A program made the position numbers and the translations under genes. Positions 11,821-26,400 of a stretch of DNA of 64,000 nt are shown one piece after another (position 1 is the first letter of the stretch; the number at the start of each line of letters is the position of its first letter). The DNA is from Ophelia neglecta (Eukaryota), in contig OZ260664.1 in the NCBI GenBank assembly GCA_965285935.1, positions 77,066,001 through 77,130,000 on the forward strand, in the 5' to 3' direction. The notes below the pieces were generated by a model. The model was not told the origin of the DNA and did no database searches. It worked only from the letters and a program-made list of their open reading frames with translations.

Positions 11821-14800
11821 CCATATTTTTAAGTACATATCTGTCATCACATGCGCGGTTAGTGTACTGCCCTCAATTGCAGACGATAATTATTATACTG
11901 AAAAAGGGGAAAAGGGAGGAGGTAGAAATGGCCTCTGGCTAAAAAACAGACATGTCTTTCATCGTGGTTGTACATGACACAGAGTAAAACAGCGAGGAGA
12001 TCGGTGTGACAAAACATCCTCGGGGTACTCCTGTTGGAGGCAGGCTCGATCCTCTCTCGATGGCGTTCAGGGGGGCGAGTTGAATACCAAAGAGCCGGGA
12101 TTGGGCCACGGAAGGCCGGGTGATTTCCCAGCAGTCAACTCGACCCAATCTCGGGTAACAAAAAGGCCATTGGCGGGCATTCCCGTCTGCCCCGACAACA
12201 CCTCTTGCTATGCGTTGCACGACTTTTGGTGGTTGTTCGGACAGATGGGACGGGGCAGAAGTCTGAACATCGATGATTTAGAGAGATTCGGCCACACATG
12301 TGTCTAATTTAACTCCATCCTGCCGTATGTCCCTTTCGGTCTGGCCCGTCACTAAAGTTAGAGATTAACTAATTAGACCATGGCCCATTGTCCAACTGTT
12401 TGCCGCTCACCAATTACCAGGTTATGACATTTCTAAACTGATTTAAGCCATTTCAACACTTAAGAGTCTAAACTAACTTGTACATTGTCCAGTCTGTTTA
12501 CATGCCTTTCTAATATGACCGTACCATGTGCCTCCAATGCCCAAATATGTCCGGCTTTTTCCAATAAATAATCCTTAACTCGACGCTTACGTTTAAATTG
12601 CAAACATCAGATTGAAAACATTGTTTGATTGCGAGTGTAAACTTATAGGTTGAACCACCGACGACAAGGAACTTTAACAATGTTTGTCTGACTAATATTA
12701 AAACTTATTATTAATCCGCAGCACCTATTTCTGACAACTTTCAATTCTTCTACTATTGCTATGATTGTACCGGTTCATTACAGAAATTAATGACGGTCTG
12801 GGTATCATGATAATTATTTAATAATAATGAGAGCGCCGTTAAATTGTAATATATTACCTCAGAGGCCTGAGAAATAAAAGTGAATTTTGTTGACATGCAA
12901 CGCCTGCTGGTATCAAACCGTATAGCACCGAGAGATATGGAGCAGACGATATGTCCTGCTCTACTTCACACATTTAGTGTGCTGTCGGCTGTTGTGTTTT
13001 TTTGCCTTACCACGCTTGCGTGAACATGCCTTTTGACTTCGTCAACCACGTGTCGGAGAGGCCAGCCGTCTCTCACCCCGTATTGTGCTATGTGATATGT
13101 TGTGATTTCCTTAAAATACCTGTTATTAAAGCGGCGATTGTGAGCTGCCGCTGATAGTGAACGCTATGAGGTGTAGCTGCCCTAGTTTCTCGGCCCGGTG
13201 TTTTCTCCGTGCCCCGGTGAAAGACGAGAGCTTGCCTGCCTCCAGCCCGCCTGTCCCCAGTCGTTCCTCACCCATAATAGCCTCTTTGTACACACCGTTC
13301 GACTGATTGCCTTTTCATCACTTAAACTGAACATCCATTTTCCACCAACTGCTGGCAACAAAACAGGCGAACCCTGTTGACACCTGGTAGTGATTTCTAG
13401 TGAAAAACTGACCTCTGTTCACCAAAACACTGTCCTCGTTCCCCGTGGCAGTGGGCCGGTGGGTGATATAGATAAACAATAGAGACCCACTGATCAGTGA
13501 GGCAACCCGCAAACTGCGTCTGTCTTGTTCTCCAAGGCTCCCCCACTGGTCTAATATTAGGATTTCTCCTTAATATGTTGAGCACACATGTTGTTAATTT
13601 GCCACAGTATTAGGGAGTAATGAAAGCCTGTATCGCACACAAGCAGCAGGCTAGTCGATCACCTTAGGCGCGCGCCGACAGCCATATTCTTGCTATCGGC
13701 GATCAAGTTTTGGTCAAATCTTGAAATTCGAACCTGAAATTAAATATAATTGGATATTGCACCAAACTGCACATGGCCTCCTCTCACACATGCCAGGCAC
13801 ATATGGAATTGTATTGGTTTTGTGCTGGGTTCGTTTGATTGTCGTTACCGGGCAGAAGCCGTTGAGCAGACACGTGGCAACATGTAGGTGCCATTTTGAG
13901 AGTAAATTTCTCAATAAAGAGGAAGTTGGTAGCGGTAATCGGACTAAGAGGTGCCCGTGGTGGTCGAGGACGCAATGTGACCAAGTGTCGGTGGTATGAT
14001 CCCGTTATAGGGGGTTACCCTGGCTAGAGCGCACCTAAAACATCCCTGGTCAGATTATCAGCTTGTAGTAAAACAGCATGTCGGCCACAAACTATCACCG
14101 ACATTGATTGATAAGCCTGTTATAGTGCGGCCCCTTCTGTTTATAACCCGGCTTAAGGACATATTTACACACGCCCCTTTCCGTTAAAATGGTTATGGTA
14201 CTGTTAATTCGTGTTTTACATAAAAAGATATTCAAATTTTAACTCCACATGAAAGCACTTTGTTTCGGTGATCTCATCACTTGATGTTTAAAGTGCGTGC
14301 ACCATTTTCTTCTCCTGAAGTAGATCAATCAACGTTGTAACTCTCGTCCTTTTCAAGCAGACGTAAGTTCTCATCGTGTCACATTGAGTGTAAATACAAT
14401 AACAGTCAATTTTCAAGTGGTAAGTACAAGATATTTATCTGTATTTCCCTACATCCTTAGATGTCTATCTGCCAGCTCACCCACACAAGGACCCGCTAAA
14501 TGCCAAATTGCAGCCATTTGCCGGCGGGTTAATGGCTCTCCTTGTTAGAGATTCCTTGTGTAGCTCTCTTGCTTAAAGGGAAATGCCATCAAAATAGGAG
14601 ACACAGGCATGTCCTCTCCTTCTTTTAATTTTCATCCGGCCAATTTGATAACTACTCGATAATCAGAGAGGGACAGATGCCTCTGTAAAAGGCCAACAAC
14701 GTATTGGGCAAAAATCGAATTACTCTCAGCTGTGATGGGATGGATGGTGGTTGTTTGGGGAAGGGGTGGGCAGCTGGCGAGGAGGGTCTCGGAGGAGGTG

Positions 14801-17800
14801 GGTACTGCGGGACCTAACTCCTCGCTCCCCAGTTATCAATGTGCGGTATGGTTGTCTGACCACGGTCACTGGAGCATCACCGCCTGGCGTGTGTTCCTTG
14901 TTAAAAGTTGCCAGTTTAGAAGCATGGGCGAACAAGCAAAGAATTTAAACGATAGATATGTCCATCATATAAACAAACACATGCCATGCGTGTGGTAGAA
15001 GCTGGTACTTGATAGGCCAATTAACAGCTCAGTATGACGGATAAATTATTGCTTGTATCGGGTGTCGTGCATGGATTTTGGGTGGCAATTTCAATGAAAA
15101 TTGCTATTGAAATTAGTCTAACTTCACCTGGTCCGATAACGCGTATTATAGTAATGAAACGTAGTCAACCACACAGGGAGAAGGGTACATGTGAAAAATA
15201 GAGCCCTGACTTAGGCCATAACTTGCCTTGTAAGTGGTTCAAGTAGAGGGTAGCGTATCCTGTGTGGGCCGTAAACTCTGTAGTAAATTAATACTAACTA
15301 CGAGAGAGAACGTGAAAAAGGCGAGCGGTGTTTACAGTAACACCGGCCAAGAATATAATACTTGAATCTGAAGCACTGTGTTGTGATATCAGCCGGTAAA
15401 TTTATTACAGACACTGGTACTAACAATAGGGTTTGTACACTGACATCCTCGGCATGCTCGCCCCGCGACTCTTCCCGCATTCTATCGAACACTCCAGGTA
15501 ATATCGTATGCTGGGGTAATCAAATCAAATATAGGGAGAACGTGCCTCCCGAGGAATACGTGCATTAAAGGCACAAATCGTTTACTGGAGACAGTCAATG
15601 CCCACTAAAACTTCTCAGCCATTCCCCACCCGTCTAAGATAAACTAAGATATCACAGTCGGTCGTTTTATGCTAATTTGTTCTGCCAGACGACACCATTA
15701 TGACTGATTTAATAATATGGGCAAATCGTATTCAAATAGACCCTCATTAAAATAATCGGGCATACGCAACCAGGAATATCTCGCCACGATCAATTAGCAA
15801 TTGTATGAAATATTCATACAGCGTTCGCCTGTATAAAACATCAAAATTCCGACCACCGACTCGAGAGCTTCATTTCAATTGCTAATGCGGTAAATCCACG
15901 GCCAAGCCAGGCGCACCGAATTTCCATAATAGTAAATATCCCTTGATTCTGATTCAGTTGGTGTCAGTCTGAGTCCTAGGAGCGAACAGTAAAGATTGGT
16001 AATGTCTCGGCTCCTCTATTCTTACCGTAAAAGAAAGGAATAAGCATTTCTAGCTCGGTTTTTCAGGGTAAAGTGTGATTTGGGGTGTGAAGTGTGTTTG
16101 GTAGCAGACTATGGCGGCCATATTGCTCACTAAGCCGGGGGCTTTTGCCGGCAAGAAGCAATGGCTTCCCTCCAGTACTGGGTTATGGAAAGCTGTGGCC
16201 ATCTGGCACGGTCACCAAACAACGACCTAGTTCAAGTCAATGGGCGACAATCGGGCTAATAGTGCACTGAAAACACCGGAACGATGGCCGAGGATTTGTA
16301 CGGGATGTATCAACTTTCGGAGGCGCGAGTCCCGCCAAGGATGCCCTGCCTGCCGTCTGGTGGTTGAAGGAAACGCTGAATACCACCACCTGGAAGGTCA
16401 ATCGAACAAAACAAAACGCCCAGAGGTAGGTCGCAACTTACTCAAACATCTCACCATTTTTATTTAATTTACCGTCATTGCATTACGAATCGAGAGTTAA
16501 GCACCTCTTTTGAATGTCGGCAACGCGCATAAATGTCAACAAAGAAGGTTGGGAGTGAGAGTTTATTACATTCTCACATCGGACTAACACTTTGTTGTCG
16601 TTGCCTGATTGTAAAAAGGGGGACTGCTGGTCATCCTTTTATCTGTAGTCCAGTTGTAATGAACTGACCACGCAGTTCACGCCCTCAACTAAACTTGTCG
16701 ATTGAAAGTGTCAAATATATCATTCCGCGCGACTCCCTTGTTCGGGCTCGCTGATTAATGTCGTCTGCTACCCACACGATGTAGAACCCGACAAAGTTTC
16801 AGCCTTCACTTTAACGAGCTATCAGTTAATTGTCGGACATGTGCAAGCGCCCCAGGCCCGAAGCGCCCGTGTTTATTGTATAAACTTGTCAAATGAACCT
16901 GCTGTTTCTTTTGCACATGACATTCGATATAAATTTCGATATACCATGCAAATGCGTCGTGTAGGAAGCCAATATTTTATGACAGTGCCGGGAGAAAGGT
17001 GGCTTGGCTGATTGACAGATACGTTATAGGTACATGAAAACTTACGACTGATACATCATAACCCCCTTCTGACCTCGCTAATGGTACGGTTATATCAAAT
17101 TGTCATTTAATACTGACAGTAAATATACAGAATAAAATGCCGGAACTGTCAAGAGTAGTTTATTAGATATTTTTTCATGGACTGACATAAATTGATATAC
17201 AAATTGATTTCTAATAGGCCTATACTTATAAGCCTGTTTATTTTCGATAATTCCTTTTGGGGTCGTTTACAAAAGCATCTCTTTACACTTTCGATCTCTA
17301 ATTAAATACCATATATAGTTTTATATAAGACCTTGTATGCATAGCAAGCCATTCCTATTAAGGCCTCACTGTCTTTAATTTGAACTCCACTATTCTTTAT
17401 GTTTGCAGACACACCTTAATACTCCTGAGAAAGCGTTGATACTATTTTACGTCGCTTTATATTTTGAACCGGCGACCGACCTATTTTGTGGCCAGGGTTT
17501 AGTGCGGATTGAGAACGGGTTCCGAGCCCTCTCGGTGTTTTAGCGCGCGAGTTAAGCGGCAAGTTGTCGTCTGTGGCGGGTTCTTTCTGTTTTATGTCGT
17601 CTGCGAAGCTGTGACGGGAACGTTGCCGGTAACAATCAATATCTAATGAGCTTTTTATGGCAGTGACCAGGCCAGTCCAAGCCCGCCACTCCCGCCCAAA
17701 GCCAGTCTATCCCTAATTGGCCCCAACTGGCACCCTTGACGGATGGGGTTCTTATGCCGCCAAATCGCTCGTCTCAAGACGGGTCTTAGAATCTTTTACT

Positions 17801-20800
17801 GGGCCGGACGTAAGCCGGAGCAATGCGTTTGATGAACAAGGCAATCCAGGGGACTCTCAGCTGACACGATTGCCGCTAATTCGGGGCATTAGCAGCAGAC
17901 TCGGCTGTCGTTTCTGCACGCCTGCTCTCTCAATTCTGCTGGGAAAAGCGACAGTAGTTAGGGGTTATCATCGACTTGCGTCTAGCCTCCTGTGTAACAA
18001 ATTGCTGCTCAGAAAAAAATCATTGAGGATTCCCCATAGGCGGGTGTGATCATGGCCATGTCTAGAAGGTCGAGTTTGATCCACCCTAACCCCGTCCAAT
18101 AGCCAGCTAGATGAAACATAAACACGTCAGTGAATGGCGACAAAGCTTTGTCGGCTCGCCTCTGTCATGTCGAAAATTAAACGCGTTGTAAGTTGATGGC
18201 TGAGAAAGAGCAATCGTCTGCTGGTTGTGAGAGGCCACTCAGCGGCCCGCTCCCCTTTCAAACCTCACACTGTCGCCAATGAAGCATTCCACATCCGATT
18301 CTTAGAGTTGGTTGCGTACGAATAATAGAACCAGGCACACTATGAACCGACCAACAAAGGGTCAACTAACACCGTTTGACAGATACTGCCAAAGAACTGG
18401 CGCGAGTTTCATTTTGATTTGATAAAAATAATCACCGACAGTACATGGTAGGGCATGCCCCAGGCTAGAAGGCACAAGTTGGCCGATGAGCAGTGTCAGA
18501 TAAGAGGAGGAGTCTTCAGCAGGCGTGAACTGCAGGCTGGTTACACTCACTGAGCAGAAACAATGGCCGAGGTGCTGTAAGGCCGGCAACCGCAGTGTCC
18601 CTTTCTGTGGTTGTCACAGGGGAAAGCCGAGGACAGAACCCGAGCTCCGACCCCTTGAATCCCTCCCCGGGGGTAGAAAGCTCTCGGGGTAGCCTGCCGC
18701 CCCCGCTACCCCGCACAGGTGTCCCTCACTCATGCAGAAAAACACCCTCTCTCCTGAGCTGTGTAACATTAATCAACGCCTCAAACAAACTGCTACCCAA
18801 TGTTGACTTTTTTCATCTCGGGATCGTTGTGAAGCTTCCATCCAATATGTCTCCGAGTCAAAAATTAATGACTGGGTTTAGTTCGTGAGCAAACGAGAAG
18901 TTAAATATTGTGGCAAAGGTTTGTGATGTTTTTGCGGAAAAAAACCTGTCGGGCACAGGCTGACAGGCAATGTGGAGAGACGAAGCCGAAGTGCGGGACA
19001 AAGACATGAAATAGAAGATTGTGTTTGCACTGTGAGTCGCACTGCAGCTACATAGAATTTGTTGAATAACATGTGCCACATGTAATCTTTCACCATACAC
19101 CTTAACCCCATGACATTAGACTGACTTCTCCTTCGTTTGACGGATCTTATTCATAGCTTTAGTAATGTTTTTCCACCTGTGCCGCAATTCAAATATGAAA
19201 GTCCTCGCCTTTACCACCTTCTGCCAGCCCGCGAAGGGCATTGGGCAAAACAAATTTGTACAAAATTGTAACGTTCTTCTGTCAAAAACCACTACATACG
19301 AACAAAGAAATGACAATACCTGTATTAGGTAGTCCCTTAAATCGAGTCAAACGTGACTTGAAGTAATTTCAATCAGCTTTGAACGGGGATATATTACATC
19401 AGCGGCCCATAATTCTTCTGCTTTTACTGGTGTAGGGGACATGAAGTTTGGACTGAGCACCTCATGTAATAATACAGTGTTTCATCTCGTGGATTTAGTT
19501 TCCAATATCGTGACGGTACATATAGATTTACAGTACAGCTTTGTTGTAACATTATGAACTTTTAAACACGAGAACTTTGCTTTCAGATAACAAATGGCAA
19601 GTATTATTAATCTAAAGCGCTTTATTTTCAAACCATTAACTGCCTACAACTGACTGTTTTAATTGAGACATAGACTAATTATATTATATACTATGCTAAT
19701 ATATGTTTTAATATTAACATGCATGTTATTTTTCACGGTCGTTGTTGCTCTATTTTTGGACCAGTCATCATAAATAGATCACTATCGCGAGCCGTGAGAT
19801 TTGCATTCGTAATTTGATGATGTAGAACCGTAATACGGTGATTAACCAATATTTATGTGAGGCCGAAGTCCAACCATTTCAACAAGTCACATAGGGTTAT
19901 AAGAAAGATAGGAACTGCACCTTGTCTATAGTTTATTTAAGTTAATTAAAATATCTAATACAAAACACAAAACATAAAGGCAAATAGAACCAGTAAATTT
20001 GAAGAAGACCAATCCTGATCAGACCCAATATATATAAGTCGGATATCTACCACTATGGCATCAAATTTTTCTGTCATCACGAATAAAAGTACATCAGTAC
20101 ATTAAATGTGGGTATTTTCATTCTATCCTAGGCTACCCCGATTTTGCATGTGTTGAACGGCAAGTGACTGGTAACGTTTATGTTTCAGCAAATTGATTTT
20201 GTGGACAGCATGCAGTTGACATGAGACACGAACGGTCTCCCCGTCCTGTGCAAGATTAGCTGGATTATACCATTCGTCTTTATGAATAAATTCCAATCAT
20301 TTCACAAAAAGAAAACAATGTTCCAATCCATCGGAATATGCCCAAAGACGAAATCTTTATACTTCAGTTCAATTTGCAATTTCTTGAATGTTAGTTTATG
20401 TAAATACAATTTAGAGTCATCTTACTTATACAGAAACCATGTATGTACATTTAATTGTTACTCACTGATGCAATTAATGTACAATACATGTAATGTGTTA
20501 CATTTGATACGTTATGTGTTACATTTGATACAGCTGACATGCGGCGTTTTCAGACTAAGAAAACTTTTGGATATTTAACCCAGATTTATGCGATAAATAT
20601 GCTGTTGATGTTAATCCACAAAAATAGCTACAGGCGAGAAATCTAGGCCAGTTCGTCATAAATAAACCTGTAATTATTCTATTGTTCGAGCCCTTTTCCC
20701 AATTAAATCAAGGATCAATTTTTATTCAACTCTTCCGGTTCAATGAGTTTCATATTTAAGGGATAACACTTGATTAAAACGCCTGATTTAGAACCTTATT

Positions 20801-23387
20801 TATTTCTACGCATTTCTATGACACCTCCAAATTCGCTTTTGGCTATTACAACATTTCACGCTGTTAGAAGAATGTTTTTTGAGTTTAAATCCACGCGATT
20901 AGAATTGACAACATATTTTAACTATCTCCATCTTTGTGTACAGGTGTAAGGCTGTGACGCCTGGCTTTATGGCTGTGATACTCAAACTAGGCCGGCGCCG
21001 GCACACCTGATTACGATGAAACAGCCTGACGGATGATTATATCTCGGTAGGTGTAGTTTTATAATTTCAAAAAGTTTTAGCATGCATTTCATCTGTTGTG
21101 TCTGTTATTATTCTCGATAGGATATGAATTCAAATTTATTCCACATATGTTGATTTTTATTATGCTGTACGCTATCCAGTGAACCGTTGAAAAGTGATAA
21201 ACCATCATTATAAATACATTGTTCTGATCCTGGCGAAGATGTCAAGCCTTCAATTCACCCATTAACCGCATTGAGTATCACTAAAATTATAATAGATCTA
21301 TACAGTGCTCCTCTGCTCAAGTCACATCTGATGATAGAAGTCCTAACTTGGGCAGTACATAGTGCAAGTTAACCAGGCCCCCTCGCGGTCGGGGTTATAA
21401 AAATGGACTCGGATTTGCATATGAAGTCACAGGAGCCTCTTTCGTGCGTCACGAATTTCACCTAGAGGCTGAGAGTGGTTGACAACTCGCTATGGCATAT
21501 CAGTTAAAACGACGCAGCCTCCACGCTTCCGATAGCTTGTACTAACTGTCACCCGTTAACAATAATCTTAGCCGGTAGTCAAGACAACGAAAAAATCATG
21601 GAGCGACTTGTATCACCTGCAAAGGCAGTGGGCCGTCGACATATTTTAATACGAGTCATACATGTCTATGAGGTCCTTTACTAGTAATTACTCGATCGGA
21701 TTCAAAATTGCTATTATATAATACCTAGTAATTATGGTGTATCGAATAAATAGTTCTGTTGGTTTTCCCCCGTCGAGTGTTTGTGTGAGGCGACACCTTA
21801 GTCCTCGCGAATTATAACTTACTGGATACTAAGGGGGTCGGTATGTTAGCGTAGAAATGCGCTATGTCGCCGTCTAGCCTAGCGTGACCAAGCGCTCCAA
21901 ACGAACAAATTGACGATTCCACCCCAAATGTCTCCCAACAATAGCATACAAGGCGACAAGTCAGTGTGCAGCTTTGTTCCCCATATCTATGGCACAAATT
22001 AAATGAAATGGTCAGATAGCATACTGGCCTATAATTAGGGATGCCAGCTTTTCCCGAGGGCGATATTTCAAATGGTATTTTAGCTGTTTAAAGCCGTCTC
22101 TTGCAGCCATAACCCAGTGATTAAACCGCGTGAAAATGCTTGACTCCCTACCAAAACCAAACGGCTCGCATTGAACAGGCATTTAAACGTCTCGGAAATT
22201 ATAACCGCAGGCTTTAATGGAAGGTGAGGCCTCTATAATTTGCTGTTTTGGCAGATATCAGAACAACTGAACAGTGTGTTATCGGGTCCCTTGGAAGCAA
22301 AACGAATAAATGTTATCAAAGTGCCTGTTGCAGTTGTTACACCATAATTACTGCTATACCGTTGAAAATGAAATAATAATAACCACGGCTGTATATGCGA
22401 TTCTTTCTCACGATAGTTGTGGCTCTCTTCAAACGGACTTTGATGACGTAACAGATCGGACGAAATGAACATCGGATCTTGGACTTGATTAGATTTTCGG
22501 ACTATTTTTTCACAAGAATTACATCTTTCGAAATTAAGTATAAATTAAATGATGAGCGTGTGAATAAATTAGATTCTATCACAAAAACTGACAGAAACTG
22601 TTTGACAAATGTGTAGTCGGGTTAAATGAGTACATAGGCTTAGTAACAGTTCATATTAGATGTCCTTACTTCCTTAATGTTTTGTTTGAACCTGTATATT
22701 GATAATTTTTTATCTTCTAGCTCCCATTTAGTTGGGCAAAATAAACAATAATATTAGTAATTTATATAGGAACAATATCACACAATAAAGGTCACATATA
22801 GGAAATAAAATTACAAAGGCTTAAGGGGAGAAATTTCAAGTGATAATTCTTAATTTTTGCGTTCGATGGTAAGAAGATTGGGCATAAATTTATAGAATTT
22901 TCATCCTTTTTTTCACACGTAGAATTTCACAAATTATTGCCTGGACGCTTTGGCGAAAAGGTTGCCTGACATGCTGAAAATATCAATATGTGTCATATAA
23001 CATTTCACCATTCATCCTGCCTGACAACGGATCCATATTTCCCATATTGAATTCATTTTCATTTGGCCCAAACGATCGATTTGGTCAGCATTTCATTTGC
23101 CAAGCTAAGCGAATGATGCCAATGAAATCATAAACATATTCGGCACGAGATCTCATAATTAAGCAGTGATAACTGTACATTGTGGCGTATTATTCTGCAG
23201 TCACTAAACCATATAATCCCCTCAACAATTTCAATGAAAATTACTGGAATGGGAACGTTTTCAGTGCACGGTTCATCCCCCGAGCAGAAGGAATGACAAA
23301 ATAATTATATTTGTCAAATGTCAGGAATTGACGTGACACAGTTTGTCCGATAACAATATAAAGGAAAAGGGGAATATTCTGTCAGCT

Positions 23388-23420
23388 AATGTCGTCTGCT
23401 TGGTGCCCGCAGACGACATT
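23388..23420. promoter_or_regulatory. Inverted pair of the dispersed GTCGTCTGC motif
   Basis: AATGTCGTCTGC (23388-23399), a 9-bp spacer, then GCAGACGACATT (23409-23420): a perfect 12-bp inverted repeat. The regulatory function is inferred. Confidence 0.55.
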
Positions 23421-26400
23421 TTATCTCGGACAATCCCACGCTTATAGCCGACAATCAATCTCATTACACATCTATCATCAACTTTCGCCTTCCATATCCA
23501 ATGTACGAGATACCAGAGTGACCCCGTCTTATTGCTCTCAGGAGTGCCTTATATGGATATAAACCAAGTTGGATGAATGTAATACGCTGGTATCTGTCAT
23601 TGTTCTTGGTATTTAACCGCGCTATTTAACTTTACAGAGTCGTAGACTCCTTCTCCGCCCACTTTCACTCACCCCGCCATTTCAATGAGATCGTGTGTTT
23701 GCCCTTTATAAAGGGCCTATATATCTTGTACAAGACCATCTTGTTCTTTATCAGTGCTGGTGTGTGTTTTTCTGTTCACATTCCACAGCAGACAAACGGC
23801 AGACCGCTGGCAGACACTGTTCCGCGGGAGTTGAACTCGAGCTAATTTCTCCCAAATAGAGTTGTGCGGCGGGGCGCGGGCTGCCGGCTTCCAGGCCCAC
23901 GGGGACTTGACGGGCCACGAGCTCGTCTCCCCGGGGCGTCATTAAGGTTTCCCCGGAGATAGCCGCCTCAGCCCGTGTCATTTTCCGTTAGCTAGGCTTG
24001 ATTAACTTGCCCAACACGGCAGCTGTTAAATTTATTATTATCCCGCCCGCTATAGCCGCTTGCAGTAAAGCCTTGTCCGGTATCATGCCCGTTAATATCA
24101 TAACGTCCGGATCTGTATTTGACAACCGCCTGAAAACTTTGGACGCTTTTATTAAATGTTAGCCGACATTAAAGCCCCCATATCTGCCGTTCGTCTGCAG
24201 ATTTCAGCCACAATAGGCGGATTCAAGCTGCTGTTTGGAAGAATGTATCCGAAAGGCCCCTACTTTGTCAGAGCAGACTGGGAGATGATGGGCGAGTTTG
24301 ATTTAACCGAGAGTGGTGGTATTGTTCATTTCACTATAGCTCCGACGGGGGCTGTTGTGCATGAAGTCATGTCATGTTTGGACACAGCATGCCACACACT
24401 TACAAACCTCTCACCCGCTAATTTAGTTGCTGGATATATAACTTTAATTCACATCCTGAAATAATGCAATGATAAAAGCTACACCTGTTTGGGCAAGACC
24501 ACGCAATGATTGACACCTATAATTAATGAACGGGGCGTGCGGTGAAGCTGCCAGTCCGACATCAACCAAACACCACTCAGCCTTAACCAATGATGAACGA
24601 AAATTAGACAACAAAGGTTTAAAAAACATAAACTGGTATTTATATCAAATGTTAAAAAAAATATTTCGGTAGTTTTGCAGGGCGTACTTTCGCTTAAGAC
24701 GTAGAGCCAACCTTTCAAATGGTAGACGCTAGTTGACAGGGGGATGTGGGCTGTCTTAGAAGACGGGGATCGGAGGTCGTCGCATGCGTTTTTGGCCATA
24801 AATCATATGAGGCAATATACACGGCGATGCAGTATGCCAGCAGGGACAAAAGACGCTCAAGGTCTCATCTTCTTCTCAATGTATACAAACAGTCGGAAAG
24901 ATTCGAATACGACCCGCGGTTTGACTTTTGATCTGTCGGATCTTGTCCCACTTCGGACCCGCACAGTTCTCCGCGGTGTGATTCCACCCCCGATGTGACC
25001 AACGACCCCCATTTTCGCCCAAGTGATAAATCTTTTTAGGATTATAATCATTTACAGGGTTTGTCATACTATTTGTCGGAGATATATGATTAAAGCGGGC
25101 GCTGTATAGTCAGTTTGTGAGTCTGCTTTGTGCAGGGAAAGGCATGTATAGTCACATGGGTATGGAGCAGGTGAGAGACTGTCGGACCCCGTACACAACA
25201 GATGGTGCTATAGGACACAAAAGATCAAGGGAATCCTAGTCGAGGGTAGACAGTGACCAAAGCAACTGAGGTGTCAGCTACAACACGGCATAGCGATCTC
25301 TCACATGGCTGATGACAAGGCAACAATGTCTAAAAAATACCCAGCCTGCCCTTTGTGGGGCAGTGGAAGACGCGGTATGGCTTTGATGGTTACTTGCCAG
25401 TTGCACCAAACAATAGAAAATTACAAATATCAGGCAAAAGTAAGAAATATTTATCTCATGGCAGTCACATGTGTCTTTTAATTGAAGTATATATTTTTAT
25501 GGCATCAAGCAGTCAGGAATCACTCTGGCGTGACTGCTGACACCTGTTCAGGCTTACGTTGTGGTTCATTGAACGAACAGGTCAACAAACCTGTTAAAAG
25601 TATTATCATCACACCCAATCTTATACCAACTGACACTTAGAGCTAATTAATGTTTTCCACGGCAAAAAGCTCTACGATAAAGTCATTCTTAGATTGAAGC
25701 AGAGGCACATTATTCACTCAAAACGTACAATACCAAGTCAAAAATCAACTTGTTGTTATTTAGACATGTTATTATTCAGGGACTAATTTTAGGCCTATTT
25801 ACCTGTCCAATTGAGGATTAATCACCTTACTAATCAATGAATGACACATATTTTGCTTAATACATATCATTTATTAATATACTATATTTCACAGGTCAGT
25901 GATGCTGTGTTTGGCAGTCGCTAATGATATTCACGTGCGCTGCTTTGATATACTACTAAATTTCTAATGGGACTTTTTTATCGGGCGTACTAATCGATAA
26001 CGATGTGCGTCAAAATGCCCCCATCATCTAGCGGTAAAAAGTGCACAACTGTAGATAGCATAATAGTGTGTAATTGATAAGTCTATAAAATGATTGGCTG
26101 GCGGTTCACATGCAGACTGACAGGTACAACATATAACAAATCAAAAATGATGTCATCTGACCTGGTTGAACCAATTGAAAAAGCCAAACGACATTTTTGA
26201 CAGTTCGTTCAGTTAGAACTAAGTATACGACAATATTCCGGAAATCCAACAGCGATTCATTTGGACAATGTGGGTATTATAGATTGTACTATTTAGATGC
26301 TTCTGTATGTATCTTGTAAACTTCCCATCGACAGCGTCAGACATGTCATGAAGGTCGCGTATAAAACGCACGTGCTTTTATGTTCGATCTACCTGCACAT

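Noticed and set aside
20493-20531. 18-bp direct repeat ATGTGTTACATTTGATAC
   Set aside because: Ordinary slippage duplication in an AT-rich spacer.
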